From: Candidatus Caldarchaeales archaeon
Lineage (GTDB): Archaea > Thermoproteota > Nitrososphaeria_A > Caldarchaeales > Calditenuaceae
Direction: 5' to 3'
NCBI GenBank assembly: GCA_032249095.1
Contig: JAVVGN010000012.1
Coordinates: 362-32,361, forward strand
DNA: 32,000 bases
This document shows, one piece after another, positions 25,664-32,000 of the stretch. Positions within the stretch are counted from its first letter, which is position 1. Each line of letters starts with the position of its first letter. Under the pieces are notes generated by a model. The model saw only the letters and a program-made list of their open reading frames with translations, did not search any database and was not told where the DNA came from. A program made the position numbers and the translations under genes.

Positions 25664-26798
25664 CCCCTATTGTATTACCAATCCCCGCGACTATTGCCTC
25701 CCCGCTGACCGGTACCTTTTCTCTGATAATCTCCTTCACCCTGTTGACCACGATGTCTGCCGACTTAACTATGCTCTCTCGCATCGGGGTGATGGCCTCG
25801 AGGATCGACTGATAGATCACTATTGCGTATAGAGGTATGTTCTTCTCCCTCGCAAGAGTCTCGATCTTGAACTTGTCGATTCCAGGCCCACCTATCGCGA
25901 CTCCCACCCCCTCAGCTATCTTCCCAGTATCTTCGCCCTCCAGCTTGAGAGCTGCATCTATCGTGATTATGATGTCTGGCCTTGTGTTTAACTCGTAGAT
26001 AAGTTTCCGGATAGCCTCTCCAGGCCGGCCAACGGAACCGCCTGGCCCTATAGGTCTCACAACATAGACCTTCCTACCCTCGAACTCTACAACTGTGAGC
26101 CATGTGTCCTTAGCGACCTCCGTATCAGAGATCCTTTTCCCATCCCTGACAAACTTAGCTGCGGACAACACCCCGATTCCATCGCCTATCGGTAGGTTCT
26201 TCGCGAAGGCGAAGGATGCCTGCCTGTAAGATTCTGCAATCTCCATTATCATGGGAAGCTGTATCTGTATCTGGAGCGCTAGGAAATAGTTTCCTGTCCT
26301 CTTACCGATTAAGTAGTAGTGCCTCACGATCCTGTAGATTATGTTGAGAGCTCTCGCCACCTCCACTAGGTTAGCTAGACTCTTTACCCTATACGTGTCT
26401 GCCTTAGGGGCTAGTCTGGCTACGCTCTCCTCAAACCTTGTGTCGCCTATCTCCAATATGTGCTCAAGCTTATACACGATTCCGGCAGGGTCCATGGACT
26501 CGGGAGGAATGTAGAAAAAGTCTAGAAGCGCATCTATCTCCTTTTCAATGTGTGGATTGTTCTGCGACTGATTGTAGGATCTGATGATGTTGATTGTTTT
26601 CTCTCTCACCTCGTCCTTAATCTGCTTCAACGCCGCGAGCCTCTTCTCGATATACCTCAGCACGAAAGCCAGCTGCGTCCGCTGACCAAAGTAGGGATAG
26701 ATAAAGAAGAAGGATATCAGGAAGATAAACCATATGATCTGTAGTAGTAGAGCGGCGAAGCTGTCGCCTGGGGTTTGGTTTAAGGACAACACGACCAT
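25653..26798 (-). CDS. conserved archaeal membrane-anchored protein, DUF1512-like
   Basis: 381 aa with an N-terminal TM segment, a helical middle and a conserved-looking C-terminal domain (ITIDAALKLEGEDTGKIAEGVGVAIGGPGIDKF). The size and architecture match my recollection of Pfam DUF1512; this is not verified. Confidence 0.7.
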   Translation of the reverse strand: MVVLSLNQTPGDSFAALLLQIIWFIFLISFFFIYPYFGQRTQLAFVLRYIEKRLAALKQIKDEVREKTINIIRSYNQSQNNPHIEKEIDALLDFFYIPPESMDPAGIVYKLEHILEIGDTRFEESVARLAPKADTYRVKSLANLVEVARALNIIYRIVRHYYLIGKRTGNYFLALQIQIQLPMIMEIAESYRQASFAFAKNLPIGDGIGVLSAAKFVRDGKRISDTEVAKDTWLTVVEFEGRKVYVVRPIGPGGSVGRPGEAIRKLIYELNTRPDIIITIDAALKLEGEDTGKIAEGVGVAIGGPGIDKFKIETLAREKNIPLYAIVIYQSILEAITPMRESIVKSADIVVNRVKEIIREKVPVSGEAIVAGIGNTIGVGM

Positions 26799-26810
26799 TA
26801 ATAAGCGCCT

Positions 26811-26838
26811 GTCGGAGACTCATAAATATATCTCCGAC
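26811..26838. promoter_or_regulatory. perfect 8-bp inverted repeat enclosing the TATA box of the DUF1512-like operon
   Basis: gtcggaga-ctcataaatata-tctccgac. The loop reads atatattta on the minus strand, about 28 nt upstream of the ATG at 26798. Confidence 0.4.
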
Positions 26839-26975
26839 TAGCTAAGGCCGCACGTTGGGGGTCCACAGACCCCGGCAATCCGCGCTGGAGTTGCATAGCC
26901 TTGGCCGCGCCTATTGCGTAATGCAGAAAGTTTAATGCCGACGTAGTAGTCGGCAGAGTTAGGATCAGGGGCGGT

Positions 26976-27809
26976 ATGGAGTGTAATAAATGTGGGCGAG
27001 AGGAGGTATTACCCTTTAGATGCGCCTACTGTGGTGATTATTTCTGCTCGGCGCACCGTCTGCCGGAGGCGCACGACTGCAGGCAGCTTCACCTCGCGAG
27101 GAACATAACTGAAATCGAGCGTGGGGGAGACCGTGCCTCTGGAAATGTATCGCGCCCTGCAACAATGCTTGCTCTTAAGAGTGAAGTAATACTTTCAAGG
27201 TTGGCATCGATGGGGAGGGGCTCTGAGAGGCTTCATCTCGCTGCTGGGGGGGCTATAGTGGCGGGCGTTGTTTTTTCCATAGTGTATCCTTTTCAGGAGA
27301 TCGGTCCCTTTCTATTGGGCTTGGTTGTGCTGTCGCTAGTAGCCTCGTTTCTTGCCCATGAGCTAGCCCACAAGCTTATGGCTTTGAGGCTAGGGTACTG
27401 GGCCAGTTTTAGGCTTAACCTTTTCGGCTCGCTCATCAGCATAGTCTCGATAATTTTGCCGTTTAAGTTCGTAGCCCCCGGAGCCGTGATGATATTCGGC
27501 CCCGTCACCAAAAGAAACGTCGCTCGGATAGCAGCCATCGGCCCCCTCGTAAACATAGCTATTGCTATGGCGCTATTGGGGTTGCTGTCGCTGAACCGGT
27601 TGGTGGGGGTGTTGGATTATCGACTAGCTCTGGCTCTCTACTTGGTTGGCGAGATAAACGCCCTTATGGGTCTCATCAACCTGATCCCCATCGGGCCGCT
27701 CGACGGATTGAAGATCATAACCACCTCAGCCAGGAATTGGGCGCTCTACATGGCCGCCGGCGTCATACTGTACGCGGTCTACTTATTTATGCCTCGCCTC
27801 GCGTTATAG
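26976..27809 (+). CDS. AN1-type zinc finger fused to an M50 (site-2 protease) membrane metalloprotease
   Basis: The N-terminus fits C-x2-C-x9-C-x2-C-x4-C-x2-H-x5-H-x-C exactly. The TM region has HELAHK (HExxH) and NLIPIGPLDG (NxxPxxxLDG). Confidence 0.85.
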   Translation: MECNKCGREEVLPFRCAYCGDYFCSAHRLPEAHDCRQLHLARNITEIERGGDRASGNVSRPATMLALKSEVILSRLASMGRGSERLHLAAGGAIVAGVVFSIVYPFQEIGPFLLGLVVLSLVASFLAHELAHKLMALRLGYWASFRLNLFGSLISIVSIILPFKFVAPGAVMIFGPVTKRNVARIAAIGPLVNIAIAMALLGLLSLNRLVGVLDYRLALALYLVGEINALMGLINLIPIGPLDGLKIITTSARNWALYMAAGVILYAVYLFMPRLAL

Positions 27810-28882
27810 ACCCTTCTAGCGCGGCGCGGAAATCGCTGGTCACACCACTCCTTTAATGGACCCGTAATGACGTAAGCAGTCCTCCTCAGATCCTCCATGT
27901 TAGAGACTCCGCAGAGAGCCGCCACAATTTGGATCTCCTCCTTAAGCATGGCAATAAGCGCGATAGTCTTCTCAACTCCTTCCAGAGCGGCCTTAAGGAA
28001 GGGCCTTGCTAAGCCCCCCATCACCGCGCCTAGAACTAATAGTTTGGCGATGTCGACACCACTCCGGACTCCCCCCGACCCGACCACCTCTAGGCCCCTC
28101 ACACGTGAAGCTTCAAGCACAGAGGCAGCAGTTGGTATGCCCCAGTCAAGAAAATCCTCAGCTATCATGGCCCTATCTAGGCGGCCCGCCTCGATGGCTC
28201 TCATCCTCTCAATCTCGACCCAGTTCGTCCCGCCTCGGCCAGCTACGTCTACAGCCGCTACCCCCACCTCCTTTAGGGCCACAGCGTCTCCATAGGATAA
28301 TCCGCAACCAACCTCCTTAACTATAACAGGCACTCCCAAGCTTCTACATATTTTTCTTAGATTGTGGAGAAAGCCCTTGAAGCTTCTGTCCCCCTCTGGC
28401 TGTATAATTTCTTGAAGAAGATTCACATGTATAGCTATCGCATCGGCCTCTATCATCTTGACAGCCTCCCATGCGAAGTCCTCCCCCCGAAGCGCGAGCT
28501 GCGCCGCCCCTATATTCGCTATCAGGAAAGCCTTTGGTCCTGTCTCTCTCGCAACTCTAAAGGTGTGCCTCAGCTCAGGTTTTACTATCGCCGCCCTCTG
28601 ACTTCCAACCCCCATAGGTATCTTGGCCGCCTCGGCTGCTGCCGCTAGAACAGCGTTTATCTTCGCGGCCTCCTCAGTTCCCCCCGTCATCCCCTCGATA
28701 AGGATTGGCGCGCTGAACCATCTGCCCAAAAACTTGACCGAGGTCTCAACGGAATCTACATCAACGTCACCCACCGTTCTTGGAACGAGATGTACGTATT
28801 CTAGCCAAGTTGAGCCCTTCACGGTTTCCCCGCTCTCCAGAGCCAGCCTTATGTGGTCACTTTTCCTAGTCTCGACACTCAT
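27779..28882 (-). CDS. fni: type 2 (FMN-dependent) isopentenyl-diphosphate delta-isomerase
   Basis: 367 aa. RKSDHI, GMTGG, IPMGVGSQR, VKEVGCG, GRGGTNW and GSGGVRSG blocks align with Sulfolobus IDI-2. Confidence 0.95.
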   Translation of the reverse strand: MSVETRKSDHIRLALESGETVKGSTWLEYVHLVPRTVGDVDVDSVETSVKFLGRWFSAPILIEGMTGGTEEAAKINAVLAAAAEAAKIPMGVGSQRAAIVKPELRHTFRVARETGPKAFLIANIGAAQLALRGEDFAWEAVKMIEADAIAIHVNLLQEIIQPEGDRSFKGFLHNLRKICRSLGVPVIVKEVGCGLSYGDAVALKEVGVAAVDVAGRGGTNWVEIERMRAIEAGRLDRAMIAEDFLDWGIPTAASVLEASRVRGLEVVGSGGVRSGVDIAKLLVLGAVMGGLARPFLKAALEGVEKTIALIAMLKEEIQIVAALCGVSNMEDLRRTAYVITGPLKEWCDQRFPRRARRVYNARRGINK

Positions 28883-28926
28883 CAGTTATCGCCGATCCCG
28901 GGATCGTCAACACTATGCATCGGCTA

Positions 28927-29169
28927 TTAAGCGTTAATATTGGTGAGCTGCTCCTCCCCCTTCTCGGCCGACTCTTTACGAAGCCTCTGCTTCACGAGGG
29001 AGGTCAAGTAGCCGCTAACCTTGTTTCTAAGACGAGGCGAGACCTCGCCCTTCAGGAGCTCGTCAACCAGCTTCTTGTTCTCCTCAAAATCTGGCTTAAC
29101 AGCGTCTGGATATTTCTCGAGAATCTCGGCGGCCAGGACCTTGACCTTCCTTATCCTTATTTTTCCCAT
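28927..29169 (-). CDS. rps17e: 30S ribosomal protein S17e
   Basis: MGKIRIRKVKVLAAEILEKYPD... matches the S17e N-terminal signature. It is 80 aa. Confidence 0.9.
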   Translation of the reverse strand: MGKIRIRKVKVLAAEILEKYPDAVKPDFEENKKLVDELLKGEVSPRLRNKVSGYLTSLVKQRLRKESAEKGEEQLTNINA

Positions 29170-29259
29170 CCTCTTGGGATGCTAGCCGCTAAAGCTTCTA
29201 ATAAATTATTTTTCCCGGGCTCTTGAGGGGGGACTCTAACATCAAGGCATATCCGTGGG

Positions 29260-30318
29260 CTATTGCTTGTCGCGCCTCGTCGCAGGGTATTGGGCCCTGG
29301 GCGGTTTCAAAGTCTCTAATCTTTTCTCGGGTAGGATTCCTTGCGGCCTGTAAAACATCACGATCAGTAGGCTTACACTCAGGAGAATCGGTGTCAGCCA
29401 GACAACGTCAAAGGGCAGGAGAGCCTGCAGCTCTCTCTTCGAGACATCAATGAGTCTTGAGACTATGATGAAGAGAATCACTCCGACCACTGTACCCGTA
29501 TTATTACCCGCGCCTCCGACCAAAACCATGACCCATGGAATAAAGGTGTGATTAGCCCTGCTAAAGTTCCTGGCATTAACTGCGCCGGAGTTTAGGGCGA
29601 GTAGAGCCCCCGCTAGGCCGGCCAGGGCGCCTGCAAGGACGATCACTTCCCGCCTGACCGAAGAGACATCTCTTCCCAGCGAAACAGCGAGATCCTCGTT
29701 GTCGCGTATAGCCCTCAATAGCCTCCCGTAAGGCGATAAAGTCAACACGTGCACTAAGATGTAAACAGCCACAGCTATCACTACTATGATCGTAACCATA
29801 ACGAAGCCCCGAAGGGTCGGGGGCACCGCCGCCAGGAAGCTGGGTACGAATACTCCTAGGGTCCCGCCGATAAACCCCTTATAGTTGTCTCCTATGAGGA
29901 TAAGGATCTCTCCCATTGCTAGAAGCGTCATGGCGAGATACTCCTCCCTGAGCCTTATGGCTGGTATACTCGAGATGTAGCCGAGTGCAGCGCCGAATAG
30001 TGACGCCGCGACGAGCGACAGCACAAGCATCAAGACTCCCAGTAAAATGTTGCCGGCTAGGACGTCGTTTACACGACTCATTATCTGTGCATGGTTGTCG
30101 AAATAATCCATCCCCTCTCCGAGTCTATATATCCAGGCGATAATTTGCCCGGGCATGGCACCAACAATGAAGGCGCCTCCCGAGACGCAGAGAACTTTCC
30201 CGAAGTTAGGTATGCCTGTAAAGCCATACTCCAAGTTTAGGCTCAGCGATATCACGAGGTAGGCAGCAATCCAGGGCGCAAGGTCGATAAGGAACCTGAC
30301 GACCAGCTCGGTCTCCAT
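29260..30318 (-). CDS. branched-chain amino-acid ABC transporter permease (LivM-like)
   Basis: 352-aa multi-TM protein with LivM-type blocks (GGTLGVF, LRAIRDNEDLAVSLG). Confidence 0.9.
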   Translation of the reverse strand: METELVVRFLIDLAPWIAAYLVISLSLNLEYGFTGIPNFGKVLCVSGGAFIVGAMPGQIIAWIYRLGEGMDYFDNHAQIMSRVNDVLAGNILLGVLMLVLSLVAASLFGAALGYISSIPAIRLREEYLAMTLLAMGEILILIGDNYKGFIGGTLGVFVPSFLAAVPPTLRGFVMVTIIVVIAVAVYILVHVLTLSPYGRLLRAIRDNEDLAVSLGRDVSSVRREVIVLAGALAGLAGALLALNSGAVNARNFSRANHTFIPWVMVLVGGAGNNTGTVVGVILFIIVSRLIDVSKRELQALLPFDVVWLTPILLSVSLLIVMFYRPQGILPEKRLETLKPPRAQYPATRRDKQ

Positions 30319-31232
30319 TAATACCTCCCCCTGGGGCCGAGTCTTAACGATATTATGCCTTGAGGCTTGGTGAGGAGTATAGCGGACATAATGACGAGCG
30401 GTATCACGGGCCTAAACTGTATCAACTCTACAAAGCCCAACTGGCCCGCTGCATATGGTATGAGAGAGTTGGCCGCACCGACTACTAGTCCACCTGCCAG
30501 GGATCCGAAAATGTTGCTTAGGCCGCCGAGAATACTTGATGCGAAGACCGTGGGGAGAAACTCGTCTCCGGATGTAGTTGTGACAGGCAGCCACATGGAG
30601 TACATCATTCCGGCCAAGCCACCGAGAGAACCGCTCAAGAACCACGCTAGTGTGTACATCTTGTCCACATCAATGCCCAATACTTCGGCCAGCGCTGGAT
30701 TCTCTATAGAGGCTCGCATAGCGATCCCTAACCTAGTCTTGTTCAAGAAGAAGTAGAGTAGGATTGTAAGGGCTGATACTGTTGTCAGTGAGAGCACCAT
30801 AACGCCAGGTATCGACGCCACCTCGATGTCCCAGGCCCTAAGGGCGATGTAGTTTGTACGGATCTTATACAAGCGGCCAAAGTAGTCCGCAAATATGCTC
30901 ATCACGCCAAAGATGAAGAATGCATTAGTCAGCGTCGCGATCATCTGGAGCGTCGGTGTAGCCTGTCTTCTCCATAGTTTCGCTAAAACTAGCTTGTATT
31001 GAGCTACTGCCAATAGTCCTCCTAGGAGAGCTGAGGCCCAGACAGCCTCATATGGGCTTCGCTTGAGTATCTGGGCTGTGTAGACCGCCGCGTAGGCGCC
31101 AACCGTGATAAAGGAGCCATGGGCAAAGTTGGGGACACGCGTCGTGAGGTATGTCAGGGTTAGGCCGACGCTAGAAAGCGACGCTATACCGCAGAAAACG
31201 AGTGTGTTGACGATGGCGGGATCTATCAACAC
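30318..31232 (-). CDS. branched-chain amino-acid ABC transporter permease (LivH-like)
   Basis: 304-aa multi-TM protein (NFAHGSFITVGAY, MRASIENPALAEVLGIDVD). It overlaps the downstream permease by 1 nt. Confidence 0.9.
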   Translation of the reverse strand: MLIDPAIVNTLVFCGIASLSSVGLTLTYLTTRVPNFAHGSFITVGAYAAVYTAQILKRSPYEAVWASALLGGLLAVAQYKLVLAKLWRRQATPTLQMIATLTNAFFIFGVMSIFADYFGRLYKIRTNYIALRAWDIEVASIPGVMVLSLTTVSALTILLYFFLNKTRLGIAMRASIENPALAEVLGIDVDKMYTLAWFLSGSLGGLAGMMYSMWLPVTTTSGDEFLPTVFASSILGGLSNIFGSLAGGLVVGAANSLIPYAAGQLGFVELIQFRPVIPLVIMSAILLTKPQGIISLRLGPRGRY

Positions 31233-31270
31233 GCATCAGTTAGTTAGTTGGCGAACATGTGTTAATAAAG

Positions 31271-31278
31271 TTTATATA
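31271..31278 (+). promoter_or_regulatory. TATA box of the liv-type binding-protein gene
   Basis: tttatata lies 25-32 nt upstream of the ATG at 31303. Confidence 0.5.
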
Positions 31279-31302
31279 TGCCGTCATTAGTATTTTGCCA
31301 CA

Positions 31303-32000
31303 ATGACCAGAGTCTCCGGTGTATCCTCTGCCCTAGCAGCGGCGTTGCTGGTAGTGGGGCTGATCATCGGCGGCCTAGTAGGAATATTCGCGGCGCCACT
31401 CGTAACTCCGCCCCAGACCCAGACCATAACACAGTTCCAGACAATCATTAGTACGGCTACACGCTTTACGACCGTGACGGCTGGCGGCGCCCCACCGCCT
31501 ACACCTCTGCTACCCTCCCTCGTCGAGCAAAATGCTGTCAAGCTCGGTACCGGTCTTCCATACATTCCCGCCTCGCTCGTAAACAAGAAGAGCAGCCTGT
31601 CCGGCGAGATCAGGGTTGGCGCATTGCTCTCGCTCTCGGGCGACCTGCGCACCTTCGGAGAAAACCACAAGGCTGCACTCGAGCTAGCGAGAGACGACAT
31701 TAACGCTTGGCTTTCGCGGACAAACCCCGGACTAAAAGTAGTCCTCGAGATAGAGGATAGCGCTACACAGCCGGAGCAGGCATTAGCGAAGCTCCAGGCC
31801 CTCGCTGCTAGAGGGGTCAAATTCGTGGCTGGCCCCCTCAGCAGCCGTGAGGTCAGAAACCTCAAGGCTTACGCCGACCAAAACAATATTCTCGTGCTGA
31901 GCCAGTCCTCCACTGCAGTCGACTTGGCAGTCCCCGGTGATAACATCCTGCGTCTGATACCCGACGACAGGAAGCAGGGACCGGCCCTTGCGAGGCTGAT
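31303..32000 (+). CDS. branched-chain amino-acid ABC substrate-binding protein (LivJ-like), 5' partial, continues off the window
   Basis: My own translation from ATG 31303 gives MTRVSGVSSALAAALLVVGLIIGG... (TM anchor), a T/P-rich linker, then IRVGALLSLSGDLRTFGENHKAALELARDDIN...VKFVAGPLSS, a Peripla_BP_6-like pattern. It is open to the window end. The track only lists the antisense ORF 31287..31865. Confidence 0.8.
   Translation, partial: MTRVSGVSSALAAALLVVGLIIGGLVGIFAAPLVTPPQTQTITQFQTIISTATRFTTVTAGGAPPPTPLLPSLVEQNAVKLGTGLPYIPASLVNKKSSLSGEIRVGALLSLSGDLRTFGENHKAALELARDDINAWLSRTNPGLKVVLEIEDSATQPEQALAKLQALAARGVKFVAGPLSSREVRNLKAYADQNNILVLSQSSTAVDLAVPGDNILRLIPDDRKQGPALARL

Noticed and set aside
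27779-27809. A 31-bp convergent overlap of the AN1-protease and IDI-2 3' ends, and a 4-bp overlap of DUF92 and atpB at 13933..13936.
   Set aside because: Short convergent 3' overlaps are common in compact archaeal genomes. Both pairs have well-supported C-termini, and nothing suggests more than tight packing.
31287-31865. 192-aa minus-strand ORF listed in the track.
   Set aside because: It is antisense to a much better plus-strand reading from ATG 31303, which has a TM anchor and a LivJ-like binding-protein pattern, a TATA box at -25, and stays open to the window end. The minus-strand product is S/A/R/P-rich and resembles no family.

Overview
This window is archaeal chromosome, most likely from a hyperthermophilic crenarchaeote. 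The evidence is A-type ATPase subunits, ribosomal protein S17e, NAC, type-2 IPP isomerase, GC-rich tRNAs without encoded CCA, and TATA-like boxes about 25-30 nt upstream of start codons. Most of it is housekeeping: a hypF / hypD-hypC-hypE [NiFe]-hydrogenase maturation cluster, a polar amino-acid ABC importer, hisS, atpB and atpD in divergent orientation, and an AT-richer SBP-permease-permease-ATPase importer cassette. It also holds NAC, a sugar nucleotidyltransferase, IDI-2, S17e and liv-type permeases with a divergent binding-protein gene running off the right edge. I saw no rRNA genes and no CRISPR array.

The non-routine content is as follows:
- A ~1.07-kb module (micro-ORF plus HTH/double-LAGLIDADG endonuclease-like gene) occurs twice in direct orientation about 10.09 kb apart. 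Each copy sits tail-to-tail against a tRNA 3' end (Lys-UUU and CAU), both copies are decayed, and they share a 125-bp block of perfect identity.
- A ~150-bp repeat occurs in inverted orientation at 85..231 and 10323..10473. It carries a TATA-like box followed by a box C / box D-like hairpin.
- A 574-aa protein fuses a winged HTH, an ATP-cone and a large C-terminal domain that may be a degenerate class III RNR fold.
- Several conserved genes are frame-disrupted: the hypE 5' end, a polyprenol-kinase-like gene, a DUF763-like gene and both LAGLIDADG copies.
- Mobile-element debris abuts the hypF 3' end.
- There is an AN1-zinc-finger/site-2-protease fusion and a DUF1512-like plus zinc-ribbon gene pair.

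All family calls come from motif recognition by eye; no database search was run.
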